Source of the DNA: an uncultured virus (IMG/VR IMGVR_UViG_3300027229_000184)
Taxonomy: Duplodnaviria; Heunggongvirae; Uroviricota; Caudoviricetes
Length of the DNA stretch: 64,000 bases
Virus record (IMG/VR): IMGVR_UViG_3300027229_000184
Reading direction: 5' to 3' (one strand)
Part shown: piece by piece, positions 1 to 10,859 of the stretch
How positions within the stretch are numbered: the stretch's first letter is position 1
Layout: each line of letters opens with the position of its first letter
Translations under genes and position numbers: made by a program
Notes under the pieces: generated by a model
What the model saw: the letters and a program-made list of their open reading frames with translations, nothing else
Database searches by the model: none
Told to the model about the DNA's origin: nothing

Positions 1-522
1 CAAGGTGGTACAGGTGCTCAAGGTGCTCAAGGTGCTCAAGGTGCTCAAGGTTACCAAGGCCCTGTTGGTCAAAAAGGTGCTACAGGTGGCGGAGGTGCTA
101 CAGGTGCTACTGGTGCTCAAGGTGCTCAAGGTGCTCAAGGTGCTCAAGGTGCTGCAGGTACTTCAGGTTCATCAGGTACATCTGGTTCTTCAGGTGTAAA
201 TGGTGCTAAAGGTGCTACAGGTGGCGGAGGTGCTACAGGTGCTCAAGGTGCTCAAGGTGCTCAAGGTGCTGCAGGTACTTCAGGTTCATCAGGTACATCT
301 GGTTCTTCAGGTGTAAATGGTGCTACAGGTGCTCAAGGTGCTACTGGTGGCGGAGGTGCTACTGGTGCTCAAGGTGCTCAAGGTTACCAGGGTCCAGGCG
401 GTCCAGGTGGTGCTCCTGGTGCTAAAGGTGCTACAGGTGCTCAAGGTGCTCAAGGTGCTCAAGGTGCTCAAGGTGCTGGCGGTGCTAAAGGTGCTACAGG
501 TGCTACAGGTGCTACAGGTCCA
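1..522 (+). repeat. 9-nt collagen-coding tandem repeats (ggtgctcaa/ggtgctaca) with a ~60-nt block duplicated at 148 and 268
   Basis: Directly visible repeats. Confidence 0.95.
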
Positions 523-1095
523 AACGGTGGATCTTATCACTACACGGACGCAGGTAATAACTGGACTAAGTACAGAATGTGGGGTACTGATTCTTCTTAC
601 GGTATTGGTATGGGTAATGACGTTGCCGATTACGGCTGGGTTACTGACTACGCTCTAACTTTCACAATGAACAGACAGTCCAACAGAGGTTGGTCCTTCG
701 TTGCATCTGATGGTTATGTAGCTTCTTCTATCTCTACTGATGGTAACATGGCTCTAAAAGGTCAACTGCACGTCGGAGGCGATATCGTAGCTTACTCATC
801 AACTGCATCTGACCAAAACCTAAAGGAGAACATTGCAACTCTATCATCTGGTCTAGCTAAGATTGAAGCCCTAAGAGGTACAACCTTCACATGGAAAGAT
901 GAAAGAAGAGAAGGCACTCAATACGGTTTCATTGCACAAGAAGTTAAAGCAGTAATCCCAGAATTGGTATCAACAAATATCGATCCTGTGACTCACGAAC
1001 CATTCTTGTCAGTGAATTATGATGGTGTAATTCCAGTTCTAGTTGAGGCAATCAAAGAGCTAAAAGCTGAGATTGATTTGCTAAAACAAGCATAA
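1..1095 (+). CDS. Collagen-like tail fibre, 3' part (5' truncated), with C-terminal peptidase S74 intramolecular chaperone
   Basis: Frame 1 is open from base 1 as Gly-X-Y triplets (GAQ, GAT, GTS, GSS, GAK) and runs in frame into ORF 577..1095 with SD.NLKENI...L.G.TFTWK...YGFIAQEV...PELV...VNYDG...LVEAIKEL (S74 pattern). Confidence 0.9.
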   Translation, partial: QGGTGAQGAQGAQGAQGYQGPVGQKGATGGGGATGATGAQGAQGAQGAQGAAGTSGSSGTSGSSGVNGAKGATGGGGATGAQGAQGAQGAAGTSGSSGTSGSSGVNGATGAQGATGGGGATGAQGAQGYQGPGGPGGAPGAKGATGAQGAQGAQGAQGAGGAKGATGATGATGPNGGSYHYTDAGNNWTKYRMWGTDSSYGIGMGNDVADYGWVTDYALTFTMNRQSNRGWSFVASDGYVASSISTDGNMALKGQLHVGGDIVAYSSTASDQNLKENIATLSSGLAKIEALRGTTFTWKDERREGTQYGFIAQEVKAVIPELVSTNIDPVTHEPFLSVNYDGVIPVLVEAIKELKAEIDLLKQA

Positions 1096-1110
1096 ATTGA
1101 TTGAGAATAT

Positions 1111-1131
1111 GGGGTTCCTTATGGGAACCCC
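1111..1131 (+). terminator. Hairpin after the fibre gene, probable terminator
   Basis: ggggttcc-ttatg-ggaacccc followed by a T-rich stretch. Confidence 0.6.
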
Positions 1132-1164
1132 TAATCTCTTTCTTAAAAACACTAATACAATAAC

Positions 1165-2862
1165 ATGCTATCTAAACAGTCTCTATCAAATTTAAAGCTT
1201 AGTAAGCTAGGAGCTGATATTTCAACAGGTAATGGGTATTATTTAGGAGAACGCGGCTCTAGAATTTCCATCGGAGAAACACTTAGGATGGTAAATAGGA
1301 ATGGATTTTTGGGTGTAGACGGCATGCCAAATGGCTCTGGCGACGCTAGAGTATCGGGTTACCATAACGCTACTAATTTATCTTTTAGCCAAATATTTGG
1401 GTCAGGCGACACGGTAGGAAACAATCTCGTTTACGTTAAATCTACTCCATACTCTTCAGGAATGTGGAGATCCGATCTTTCACCTTATTACACTTCTAAT
1501 TCAGGTGCTTCAGGTGCTATGATTGCTGGAACTAACGGAGATCTTAATGGCGCTTTCATCGGATACGGTCCTAATTACGAATCTTATTACATGTGGGGAG
1601 GTAACTCTAAACACTGGAGGATTGGTACCAACATCTACAGGCTTTCTGCTGATGGCTCTGAATTCCAAAGAGTTTATACGTGGCATCACGTCACAGATTC
1701 AATTGGAGATCAATCTTCAGTTTCATTAGGTCTTGGAGGTATGGAACCAAGTTCGAACCTTAAATACACTGGTACAATCTATAGACTTCAGGATAATGGT
1801 AATCCAACAGCCGCGATTGGAGCATATAACATTTCAACTAACCAACTTAACAATAACTCCTGGATGGCTAGAAACGCTATTAACGGCGTAAACCAATGGG
1901 GTCAACCTTTGGATGCTATTGATGTTGGGACTAGTCCATCAGGACTAAGAACGGGTCTGTTCCTATGGCAAAGACAGTGGTGGGGACCAAGACTTGTTTT
2001 ATTTAAACATAACGGTTCTTCAATTACAACTCAAAATGCACAATCATTGGACGTGTTCTATCAAGGTTGGATTTATGACCATAATTTTGGTGGTCAAGGT
2101 GGAGTTGCATGGTCTCCTCATACCAATAAGGTAGTTACTATTTTCACGTACGAACCAAACGGTACTACATATGGTAGAAATATTGCTATCAACAACGTCA
2201 CAATTGATCCTGACAACGCAACCTTTACTTCTTCACCAGAGACTGATGTTATTCAGTTCATCTGGGGCGGCAATGATCCGTGTAAACCAGATTATGGGCA
2301 ATACACTGGAGGTCACATCGATTGGATGGCTTACCACCCTGATTTTGGAGATATTTGGGCGTATGCATTTATGAACGTATCACAAAATAGAATAATCGTT
2401 AGACTTGCTACAGTCAATTGGGATCAGTGGGAGCGCGATGGTAACAGATGTAACTGGCCTGAAGTCGGACAATACATTTATACTGGAATCAATGCACTTC
2501 AGAGATGTAGAGTTACTAGATTACACGTTATAGATGATAATGGTCAAGGCGGACCTACTGTGTTTTTTGCACTATCTTATGTTAATTCTTCAAACCAAAC
2601 TGTTGTTAAAATCTATAGAGGTGGCCCATCATTTGGTTTGTTTGAAATCGCTTCATATATTCCAAACAACAGAGGTCTTTTAGCCCGTAATGGCGGCGGA
2701 TCGGTAAATAACGAATATGGATGGGGTACTGGTCAACATGCTATTGTTATGGGTACGACTAATGATGGAGCACAAACAACATACACTTGGGATGGTTCTA
2801 AGTCGGGTTCATTATCTAGATCTGGAGACCAAGACCAAACATTAGCAATTAAATTAGTATAA
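1165..2862 (+). CDS. Putative virion/tail-associated protein (G/N/W/Y-rich, beta-rich)
   Basis: 565-aa ORF; composition and position after the fibre gene. Confidence 0.6.
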   Translation: MLSKQSLSNLKLSKLGADISTGNGYYLGERGSRISIGETLRMVNRNGFLGVDGMPNGSGDARVSGYHNATNLSFSQIFGSGDTVGNNLVYVKSTPYSSGMWRSDLSPYYTSNSGASGAMIAGTNGDLNGAFIGYGPNYESYYMWGGNSKHWRIGTNIYRLSADGSEFQRVYTWHHVTDSIGDQSSVSLGLGGMEPSSNLKYTGTIYRLQDNGNPTAAIGAYNISTNQLNNNSWMARNAINGVNQWGQPLDAIDVGTSPSGLRTGLFLWQRQWWGPRLVLFKHNGSSITTQNAQSLDVFYQGWIYDHNFGGQGGVAWSPHTNKVVTIFTYEPNGTTYGRNIAINNVTIDPDNATFTSSPETDVIQFIWGGNDPCKPDYGQYTGGHIDWMAYHPDFGDIWAYAFMNVSQNRIIVRLATVNWDQWERDGNRCNWPEVGQYIYTGINALQRCRVTRLHVIDDNGQGGPTVFFALSYVNSSNQTVVKIYRGGPSFGLFEIASYIPNNRGLLARNGGGSVNNEYGWGTGQHAIVMGTTNDGAQTTYTWDGSKSGSLSRSGDQDQTLAIKLV

Positions 2863-2865
2863 GCC

Positions 2866-3570
2866 ATGATTTACCACAATTTGAAAACAATGTTCATTGA
2901 GATCACAAAGAACGCTTCTGTCTCAGTTAAAAAAACTCTTTCTGGTCAGGATATTATTGTTCCATCTCATGAAACATACGACATGCTAATGTCTATTTCT
3001 AACTTTAATGGTGAAGATATTAGCGATTACTACAAATTCACAATTAGTAGAAATCCATACGACAGATTCTGCTCAGGGTTTGAATACATGCAAGTTGCAA
3101 TGAGATGGCCTCAAAGTTTCGATGAAACTCTAGATTATCTTATTGCATGTGATGCAAGAGCAAATGGTGAACCAATTTCAGTCCTTGACTCTAACGGTGA
3201 TCCAATCGCTGAAAAATCAGAAAGAGCATTAGACGGCCAGCTACAATACTGGTGGGATGATGCTCCTATTCTAGTGTGGCCACAGGTCGGTTTCATTAAG
3301 AGTGAAGGTTTGAATGGTGCTATTGCTATCACGAATAACTTCAAACTTGAAGAAATTGATCAACAGTGGCCAACTATCGCCGCAGCAATTGCAGCTAAGT
3401 CCGGCGTTAGCTTACCAAACGAGTTGCCTGTTACTAACTCTCTTCCTGACAGACCAGATTGGAAAACGTACTTTGAAGGTGAATTAGGTCAAACTAGAAT
3501 GTCAAAAATTCAACAGCTTTATGCTGATGATTTCGCAACATTCGGTTACAGCACTGAAATCACTTTCTAA
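2866..3570 (+). CDS. Sulfotransferase family 2-like protein
   Basis: FIEITKNASVS (5'-PSB-like), SRNPYDRFCSGF, C-terminal LYADDFATFGY. Confidence 0.75.
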   Translation: MIYHNLKTMFIEITKNASVSVKKTLSGQDIIVPSHETYDMLMSISNFNGEDISDYYKFTISRNPYDRFCSGFEYMQVAMRWPQSFDETLDYLIACDARANGEPISVLDSNGDPIAEKSERALDGQLQYWWDDAPILVWPQVGFIKSEGLNGAIAITNNFKLEEIDQQWPTIAAAIAAKSGVSLPNELPVTNSLPDRPDWKTYFEGELGQTRMSKIQQLYADDFATFGYSTEITF

Positions 3571-3589
3571 TCTTTAACTTTTTTAAAAG

Positions 3590-3617
3590 AAAAGCCCGCT
3601 GAAAAGCGGGCTTTTTT
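3590..3617 (+). terminator. Rho-independent terminator
   Basis: aaaagcccgc-tgaaaa-gcgggctttttt. Confidence 0.9.
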
Positions 3618-3673
3618 ACTATTATAAGGTTGGGCGTGTGATATATATGATATAAAAATATCTCACCACTTAA

Positions 3674-5878
3674 ATGGCAAATAGAATTAAAAAAAATGTT
3701 GGCATTGATGCAAATGCATCAAACGTTGGAGGATGGTCAATCGCCTCAAAAGAAGGTATGGGTCCTTCATCTTCAACGGGATTCTTCAACGGTTTACAAA
3801 TTCCTACAGGAGGTTATGCACTTTATTCTAGTAACATTGATGCTAGAATTGCATCAAACGATGATGAATTAATTGAAATCCTAAATAAAATGGGAGCTTC
3901 AATCGCAGTTGACGATTTAGCTCGAGGGTTAGAATGGGCTAAAAACAATGATGTTCTAATCATTAATAGTAACTACTCAAATGTGGTCACCGATGGATTG
4001 ATTATGAACGTTGAATCTAAACACAATGAAGGCTATTATTATCAAGTTCCAACCACTAATCTTCTTTCTTCAGGTGATCCAAATTCTAATATTGCGTGGA
4101 CTAACAGCGGTGAATGGACGATTAATAACAATGCAACCGATATTGAAAAACCATTTACAAATCATGGTGGACCATCAAACGTATTGACAATTTTGAGAGG
4201 TCAGAGTGTGACAACCGGTAGTCAGCATTGGGGTTGTGCAGGTTTTAGCGGCTTGCCTTCAACAACGTACACTATTTCAGTTTGGTTTAGACAGTCAAGA
4301 GCTGGTTCAAACCAACCTTACTTTAGAACCAACGTTAATAACAATTCTTTAGGTAATTTTAATTGGAATGGAGACACTAATGCTGCAAACTGGCCCGTTA
4401 ATCAATGGATCAGAATTTCATGTACTGCAACTCTTCAATCTAACGAAACTGGAGCGTATTTGAGTAACTATATCGGAGGAGAAGCTAGAGATATTGTTTG
4501 GTACTATGCACCTATGGTTGAATTAGGAAGTATTATGTCGCCGTTTGTGCACGGTTCTAGATCAGAGAATAACACTTGGATTGATTTAACTGGAAATGGA
4601 AACCATGCTTATAAAGGTCAAGGAGAATGGAATGCAGCTAAAAGATATTGGGATTCAAAATTTGATCCAGCATATTATGGTGGTAAAGACAGATTGCAAT
4701 TTAATGTTTCTCACTCAGCTTCTTTGAATGATGCTATGGCCAAAACATCAGGTGGTTGGGTAATTGAAGAACTTGTTAGAATCGACGATAACACATATCC
4801 AGAAGCTGCAGCAGGTGCTGTTATTTCAGGTGGTTATGGATCTGGGTCAATCGGCTTTGATTGGAACCATGGTGTATATAACACCGCAATTAGAATGGGT
4901 CTAGCAGATGGCTCACTGTCAAATTACACAATTGACGCTTCATGGCCCCTGCCTTCTAAGTTTCAAACTCTTGGAAAATGGTATCGTAGAAGCTTTTTCT
5001 GGAATAGAGATAATAATACAATGGGTGTCTATTACAATGGTGAATTGATTGGAACTACGGACATTTCATTAACAGCTGGTAAAATATTATATGATGGTGG
5101 AGGCATTTCATTCGGTGAAATGTACGGATGGTGTCACGATGGAGCTAGAGCAGAAATAAAATTGTACAATAGAATTCTTTCTCAAGAAGAAGTTTCTCAA
5201 AACGTGCATGGCGGTCCTATTGTAACAAATGGTTTAACATTCGCAGCTGATGCAGGTAATTTAATATGTTATGAAAGCGGATCTACTTCTATGTACTCAT
5301 TAGCAGATTCTCTTGAAGGAACTTTGGTAAATGGCACAGGATGGAATAGTTCAAATGGTGGTTTTTGGGAATTTGATAATTCGAATGATAAAATTATTAT
5401 TCCAAATAACGCAGCATTTAATCATACTTCACAATTAACTATAGAATCATGGGTAAGGTTTGATGGTAACAGCGATGATTTTATATTTGAAAAAGGTGAT
5501 GTAAATACCCAGTATAGTTTGTTTAGCCATGGTACAGATATAGTATTTAGAACTTACCACGCAGGTGATGGCGGATATGATACATTTGCTCCTAATAAAA
5601 CCGAAGTTGGCATTGTTAATGGTCAGTGGCACCACATTGTGGGTTCTTGGGATGGTTCAACAAAGCGAATTTACGTTGATGGAGTTGAGAGACGTAGCAA
5701 ATCTAAAAGTGGAGCTCTTGTTACAACTTCTAAAGGGGCTGCTATTGGAGCATTTGGCGGTGATACATCAGGGTATTATTTTGGTGGAGATATTGCTATA
5801 GTAAGAATTTACAATAAAGGTTTATCTACTAGTGAAGTTCTTCAAAACTATAATGCACATGTAACAAGATTCAAATAA
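3674..5878 (+). CDS. Virion protein with carbohydrate-binding-like and two LamG/concanavalin A-like domains
   Basis: WHHIVGSWDG...IYVDG...IG...GDIAIVRIYNKGLSTSEVLQNYNA; a second LamG-like copy precedes it. Confidence 0.85.
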   Translation: MANRIKKNVGIDANASNVGGWSIASKEGMGPSSSTGFFNGLQIPTGGYALYSSNIDARIASNDDELIEILNKMGASIAVDDLARGLEWAKNNDVLIINSNYSNVVTDGLIMNVESKHNEGYYYQVPTTNLLSSGDPNSNIAWTNSGEWTINNNATDIEKPFTNHGGPSNVLTILRGQSVTTGSQHWGCAGFSGLPSTTYTISVWFRQSRAGSNQPYFRTNVNNNSLGNFNWNGDTNAANWPVNQWIRISCTATLQSNETGAYLSNYIGGEARDIVWYYAPMVELGSIMSPFVHGSRSENNTWIDLTGNGNHAYKGQGEWNAAKRYWDSKFDPAYYGGKDRLQFNVSHSASLNDAMAKTSGGWVIEELVRIDDNTYPEAAAGAVISGGYGSGSIGFDWNHGVYNTAIRMGLADGSLSNYTIDASWPLPSKFQTLGKWYRRSFFWNRDNNTMGVYYNGELIGTTDISLTAGKILYDGGGISFGEMYGWCHDGARAEIKLYNRILSQEEVSQNVHGGPIVTNGLTFAADAGNLICYESGSTSMYSLADSLEGTLVNGTGWNSSNGGFWEFDNSNDKIIIPNNAAFNHTSQLTIESWVRFDGNSDDFIFEKGDVNTQYSLFSHGTDIVFRTYHAGDGGYDTFAPNKTEVGIVNGQWHHIVGSWDGSTKRIYVDGVERRSKSKSGALVTTSKGAAIGAFGGDTSGYYFGGDIAIVRIYNKGLSTSEVLQNYNAHVTRFK

Positions 5879-5890
5879 AGAAAAATAACT

Positions 5891-6127
5891 ATGGAAAGAG
5901 AATTAAAGTATATGATTTTAAACGCTAATGAGGTTGATGCTATTAACTTTATGGACGTAATGGACCAATCGGCTGAATCTTTAGTTAGATCTAAAGACGG
6001 TTCTAAAATTTATGTAAAGTGGGAAAGAGATGATGTTCCATCTAGCATTGCAGCTCTAACAACAAAAGAAGGACCTTATGCTGCTAGCGAAATGCAGGCT
6101 ATTTTGCAGGGTTCCGATTGGAAATAA
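5891..6127 (+). CDS. Hypothetical small virion-associated protein
   Basis: 78-aa ORF tightly coupled between LamG genes. Confidence 0.7.
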   Translation: MERELKYMILNANEVDAINFMDVMDQSAESLVRSKDGSKIYVKWERDDVPSSIAALTTKEGPYAASEMQAILQGSDWK

Positions 6128-6140
6128 ACACACATAGATA

Positions 6141-7628
6141 ATGTCAATTATAACATCAACATATAATGGTTATCCAGTAGAGTTTGACGGACAGTGGATG
6201 AAAGTATTTAGTCACTATTCAGGTGGCGGTGAATTCTTTAGCACGGCTAATGACTGGGATGAAGCCAAATGGTCTAATCCTGGTAATCCAAGTGCGAATA
6301 AGTATTCAATCATGGCTTACATTAAGAACTTTAGATTTGACGGTAAATACACTTTCAAACTTGTATATCCTCAATACCCTGATAGAAACAATATCTGGTC
6401 TCAAGCTCAAAACCCACTAGACATCATGGAGGTGGTCGATAATGTGGTTAAAATTGAAACCGGATGGAACAATAACTATTGGAACGGTCTTACTAGATCT
6501 AGCCAGACTGGAACCACATTTTTAGATGGCTCAAATCCACACGGTAACTGGTACTTTGCAGTTGCTTCAGCTTCTTCATGGAGTGGAGCTACCAATTTCC
6601 CAGGTCCTGGTGTTCCTGTTAACAGAGCTGAGCTTTGGATCAAAGCAACAGGTGATGATATGAAGGCAGTCTATCATAAAGGAGATGCAGCTGTACCATC
6701 TAATGTTGAAGCTAAGGCTCAACTTGGCGAATGGTCAGGTTACGGTTCTGAGCCGGTTGCAAGAACTTCAATGGTTGGTCTTCCAACTGGTGCTGGTAGA
6801 GACCTTCAAGTTTGGGCGAACGATGGTGTAACTCCAAGATTCTATTCTGCAGCTTCAAACGCAGGTCAACTTAAGCACATTGCATCTCAGTTAGCTGGTA
6901 CAACATTTGAAACACCGGGTGATGCTATCTCTTGGTTGAATGCAAATGCTGGAACGTACCACTTACATAATGAAGACTTGTATCCTACAGTGGATGGACT
7001 ATGGGCTTCTTATGATTTTGCTAATCCAAATTCATTTAATAATAGTGGAACTCTCTATGATCTTTCAGGTCAAGGTCGCCATGCTTCAGGTGGTTCACAC
7101 GATGTTGAAGACGTTCAAGGAGTAAAAGCTTATTATTTTAGAAGCTTTGAAAAGTTTGTTACGCCAGAGATTGGAAACCTTGGAACAGGAAGTTGTACGC
7201 TTGAATCTATGATTTATGCTGATGCAAATGAATTGTCATCGGGCGATAGAGGATGTATTATGAGAGCGCATATTTACATGTCATGGAACAAATCAAATCA
7301 AAGGCTAAGCTCGTATTGGTATTCAACTGATAACCAAGGTTACCACGAACCTTCACAGGTAATGAGTAGAAATCAGTGGTATCATTTAACAACTGTTTGG
7401 GATTACTCAACAGGGTATTTAAAACAATACATTGATGGTACTCTAGTTAATACGGTTGCAACGAGAGTTTCAAGTAACAATGGTTATATTGGAGGACTTG
7501 ATATTGGCCAAGAAGGAGATGGCAGACAGTTCTCTGGTGCTATTTCATTCATTAACGTTTATAAGAAAGCTCTTACTGGCGCTGAAGTTGCTAGAAACTA
7601 CGAATACTACTCAAAAAGAATTAGATAA
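6141..7628 (+). CDS. Virion protein with fibrinogen-C-like N-terminal region and C-terminal LamG domain
   Basis: GQWMKVFSH...NKYSI...FKLVYP...NIWSQ; C-terminal WYHLTTVWD...YIDG...FSGAISFINVYKKALT. Confidence 0.8.
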   Translation: MSIITSTYNGYPVEFDGQWMKVFSHYSGGGEFFSTANDWDEAKWSNPGNPSANKYSIMAYIKNFRFDGKYTFKLVYPQYPDRNNIWSQAQNPLDIMEVVDNVVKIETGWNNNYWNGLTRSSQTGTTFLDGSNPHGNWYFAVASASSWSGATNFPGPGVPVNRAELWIKATGDDMKAVYHKGDAAVPSNVEAKAQLGEWSGYGSEPVARTSMVGLPTGAGRDLQVWANDGVTPRFYSAASNAGQLKHIASQLAGTTFETPGDAISWLNANAGTYHLHNEDLYPTVDGLWASYDFANPNSFNNSGTLYDLSGQGRHASGGSHDVEDVQGVKAYYFRSFEKFVTPEIGNLGTGSCTLESMIYADANELSSGDRGCIMRAHIYMSWNKSNQRLSSYWYSTDNQGYHEPSQVMSRNQWYHLTTVWDYSTGYLKQYIDGTLVNTVATRVSSNNGYIGGLDIGQEGDGRQFSGAISFINVYKKALTGAEVARNYEYYSKRIR

Positions 7629-7630
7629 TC

Positions 7631-7753
7631 ATGAGAATAGAACAAGGAATTGATTTGAACGGAAATCCAATGTTTTTCGTTCTTAATGAGGCTGATCTAC
7701 TTGCTTCATTCTCTTCACAGGAAGAAGCTCGAGATTATATCGCAAACAACTAA
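7631..7753 (+). CDS. Small hypothetical protein (40 aa, MRIEQGIDLNGNPMFFV...)
   Basis: ATG 2 nt after the previous stop, ends just before the terminator. Confidence 0.6.
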   Translation: MRIEQGIDLNGNPMFFVLNEADLLASFSSQEEARDYIANN

Positions 7754-7755
7754 TT

Positions 7756-7779
7756 AAAAGCCCGCAAAGCGGGCTTTTT
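7756..7779 (+). terminator. Rho-independent terminator
   Basis: aaaagcccgc-aaa-gcgggctttt. Confidence 0.85.
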
Positions 7780-7846
7780 AGTTTATAGACGATTGAAACT
7801 GTAAACAAATCGATTAGAGTTAGATATAATTGTAAATCGATTTAAC

Positions 7847-8860
7847 ATGAAGATCCTCGTTTACGTAGGTTATCAAAACACTAACATAACTCCTCAGCGA
7901 ATTGAAAGCTGCGATGGGGTTGGCGGTACTGAGATTGCAGCTCTAAAATTGGCTGAGGGCCTTGCGAAGAGGGGTCACGCGGTTTGTTTTGGTGGACAAG
8001 TAGAAAGTACATTCCACAATGGAGTTACGTGGCTTAACATTGATCAGTGCCATCAACAACATTTTGATCTGTTGATCGCTGCATCATACCTCCACTATTT
8101 AAAAGAGTTTAACAATTTCGATAAGTCACTATTCTGGTTCCATAACACAGATTGGTTTCCTTGGTGGAGAGGCGAGGCTGTGATTGATTCCTCATGGTTA
8201 GAAGATCCTCGAATCAATGGATTCATTGCCCTAACTGAGTGGCACAAGCAGCAATTGATCAGAGATTACAGCCTGCAGAAACCAATCCACGTAATTGGTA
8301 ACGGTATTGATCGAAATGATTTTCCATCTTGGAAAGTTGAAAAGATTCCAAATTCATTCATCTATTCTTCTGCCCGTGAAAGAGGATTGTATGATCTTCT
8401 AAAGATGTGGCCTAGAATACATCAGAATCTCATTGGAGCAACCCTAAGAGTGTTCGGGCCCGGGTACGATATAGATAATAGCCCATTGCCACAATTAGAC
8501 GGTGTCACCTATATGGGCACTGTTGATCAAATGACTCTTCACAACTGGCAGATGAAATCAGAGTACTGGTTACACCCCACGCATTATGAAGAAACTTACG
8601 GCATCACTGCATTGGAAGCGCAATATTGCGGAGCCATACCTATTACAACCAATCTTGCCGCTCTGTCAGAAGTGGTGGGCAATCGAGGTTTTTTACTCGA
8701 AAGTGGTGAAACAGACACTGACATTCTAAATATAATCAAAGTACTTCACGGATCTCCAGAGGTTAAAGCTAAACTCAGACGTAGAGCTCACGAATGGGCA
8801 AAGCAGCAAACCTGGAACTTTCGAGTCGAACAATGGTTACACATCATAAACACAATATGA
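7847..8860 (+). CDS. Glycosyltransferase family 4 (GT-B)
   Basis: GGTEIA...IGNGID...YSS..ERGL...ETYGITALEAQYCGA.PITT. Confidence 0.9.
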   Translation: MKILVYVGYQNTNITPQRIESCDGVGGTEIAALKLAEGLAKRGHAVCFGGQVESTFHNGVTWLNIDQCHQQHFDLLIAASYLHYLKEFNNFDKSLFWFHNTDWFPWWRGEAVIDSSWLEDPRINGFIALTEWHKQQLIRDYSLQKPIHVIGNGIDRNDFPSWKVEKIPNSFIYSSARERGLYDLLKMWPRIHQNLIGATLRVFGPGYDIDNSPLPQLDGVTYMGTVDQMTLHNWQMKSEYWLHPTHYEETYGITALEAQYCGAIPITTNLAALSEVVGNRGFLLESGETDTDILNIIKVLHGSPEVKAKLRRRAHEWAKQQTWNFRVEQWLHIINTI

Positions 8861-9480
8861 ACTACGCAGAAATCTTAGACACTTCAAATTGGCAAGCATG
8901 GGTTGACAAATACATCAATCCGGCAATTGCTAGAGGCGAATATCAGCTGATGATTGATGAATTGGGACCTAGTGTAGCTGAGTTCCCATTGTTTACTCAA
9001 CGGTTCTGTGAGGAACTAATCATCCTAGCTGAAACTCAAGGCGAATGGACTCTTGGCCGCCACGAATTCTATCCAACTAATGATATGTTGATGGATGCCG
9101 TTGGTATGAAAGAGATCTACACTCGAGTTATCAGAGAATTTGTTGCCCCACTTGCAACGTATTATTGGACTCTTGAAGGCCAGGGATGGGACACAGTTGA
9201 AGACGAAACATTCATAATTCGCTATCGTGCAGATAAACAGGGTCATCTCTCACTACATCACGATCATTCATCCTATACGATAGCAGTAAAATTGAACGAT
9301 GAGTTTGAAGGCGGTGGAACCTATTTCCCAGCTTACAAGTTGAACGCTAATCCAAAACGAGTAGGTAACGCAATTCTACACCCAGGTATGATTAGTCACC
9401 GCCACGGAGGTCGACCAGTTTATAGTGGTACCCGTTACATTACGGTATCATTTATTCGCAACACGAAAATCTTTAAGTAA
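8857..9480 (+). CDS. 2OG-Fe(II) oxygenase, procollagen lysyl-hydroxylase (PLOD)-like
   Basis: FPLFTQRFCEELI, FIIRYRADKQGHLSLHHDHSSYT, EGGGTYF, LHPG..HRHGG, GTRYITVSF; ATG at 8857 overlaps the GT stop. Confidence 0.85.
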   Translation: MNYAEILDTSNWQAWVDKYINPAIARGEYQLMIDELGPSVAEFPLFTQRFCEELIILAETQGEWTLGRHEFYPTNDMLMDAVGMKEIYTRVIREFVAPLATYYWTLEGQGWDTVEDETFIIRYRADKQGHLSLHHDHSSYTIAVKLNDEFEGGGTYFPAYKLNANPKRVGNAILHPGMISHRHGGRPVYSGTRYITVSFIRNTKIFK

Positions 9481-9912
9481 ATGAAGCAGGACCTTAACTT
9501 GCAATCCGCTTTTGGAGATGATGGCAATCTAATTAGCCCACATCTACCCGAAGGAATCAAGAATTACTTGATTGACATCGACGGTACTATTACCGATGAC
9601 GTGCCAAACGAAGAACCAGAGAGAATGAAATACGTGCTTCCTTACCCAGAATCACGCGATATTCTGAATCAATGGTTTGACGAAGGTCACATCATTACGT
9701 TCTTCACATCTCGTACCGAGGAGCACCGTCAAATCACTGAAGAGTGGTTAAACAAACACGGCTTTAAATACCACGGTATGTTGATGAACAAACCTCGAGG
9801 TGGCAATTATCACTGGATTGACAATCATATCGTTAAAGCAACTCGCTATAATGGTGTATGGTCAAACCTGGTCAAGCGCGAAAAGACTGTAGAGGTGTTC
9901 GAAGACAGGTGA
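9481..9912 (+). CDS. HAD-family phosphatase (capsule-phosphatase-like)
   Basis: IDIDGTI, FFTSR, MNKPRGG..WID. Confidence 0.8.
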   Translation: MKQDLNLQSAFGDDGNLISPHLPEGIKNYLIDIDGTITDDVPNEEPERMKYVLPYPESRDILNQWFDEGHIITFFTSRTEEHRQITEEWLNKHGFKYHGMLMNKPRGGNYHWIDNHIVKATRYNGVWSNLVKREKTVEVFEDR

Positions 9913-9926
9913 TTGATATATACTCT

Positions 9927-10859
9927 ATGGAGTTAATCAAGAAGTATTCACAATTCGTTAACGAAAAGCAAGTTCAAGGCCAGCTGCAACAGCTGGCTTT
10001 GACCGTTGCTGTGGATATGCCTGATAACAAGTATATCTATGATCCAGCTTTCAGTACTGGTCGAATGTGGAAGTTGATTACAAAAGAAGAAAAACACATC
10101 GGTGAAACTACTCAACCCGTTCTAAACTACTCGAACTGGAACACCGATCGTTTAATCGACCAAGGATACGATTCATCACTCGTTTACAACTCAGTTATCG
10201 CTAAAGAAAAGGTTTCATCAAAGAAAGATTGGCACGTTTTGCACGAAGGTTCGGCTTACCTTCCAAAATCAGTGTACGCGCCTTCAGACATTAAGAACCT
10301 TTCATTTCCAGTTGTCGCAAAACCAGATAACAGATACGCCGGTCAAGGCATTGTGGTTTTTGATAGAGCTGAAGATACTAAAGGCGTACAGATGGAACAG
10401 TTCGCAGTCTTTTCAGAAAAGATTGACATTAAAGAAGAATTTAGAGTGTTCTGCTGGAGAGGCGAACCTCTAATGACTGTTTATCGAGTTCCAGCCAACG
10501 ACGAAACTGAGAACCTTTCAAAAGATCCAAAAGACAAGCTTAAATTTAATTATGAGCTTGCAGATAATATACCGCAAGACGCATTTGAACCTATCAAAGA
10601 GTTCAATGCAAAACATTCTGACTTAGATTTCTATTCCGTTGATTTCGCAAGAGCAAACAATGGCGATCTATATGTAATTGAAATGTCATCTGAACCTGGA
10701 CCAATCTTTGGAATTCTAGGTGAAGTGTACAAAAGAATGTACGTAGATCACCATGGTCAAGAATTACAACTTGCGATTTATGAACAAATTAACAAATGGA
10801 TTCAACAGGACATTGATGCAACAATCGCATCAGAACCTGGAAGGTTTAAACGAAGATGA
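9927..10859 (+). CDS. ATP-grasp domain protein
   Basis: FPVVAKP...GQGI...EFRV...YSVDF...YVIEM; start chosen after the GATATATA motif. Confidence 0.7.
   Translation: MELIKKYSQFVNEKQVQGQLQQLALTVAVDMPDNKYIYDPAFSTGRMWKLITKEEKHIGETTQPVLNYSNWNTDRLIDQGYDSSLVYNSVIAKEKVSSKKDWHVLHEGSAYLPKSVYAPSDIKNLSFPVVAKPDNRYAGQGIVVFDRAEDTKGVQMEQFAVFSEKIDIKEEFRVFCWRGEPLMTVYRVPANDETENLSKDPKDKLKFNYELADNIPQDAFEPIKEFNAKHSDLDFYSVDFARANNGDLYVIEMSSEPGPIFGILGEVYKRMYVDHHGQELQLAIYEQINKWIQQDIDATIASEPGRFKRR

Noticed and set aside
1..522. Tandem repeats as a CRISPR array
   Set aside because: 9-nt coding repeats without unique spacers
5..658. ORFs 5..199, 317..658 (VLK repeats) and reverse ORF 307..540
   Set aside because: Off-frame shadows of the collagen Gly-X-Y repeat
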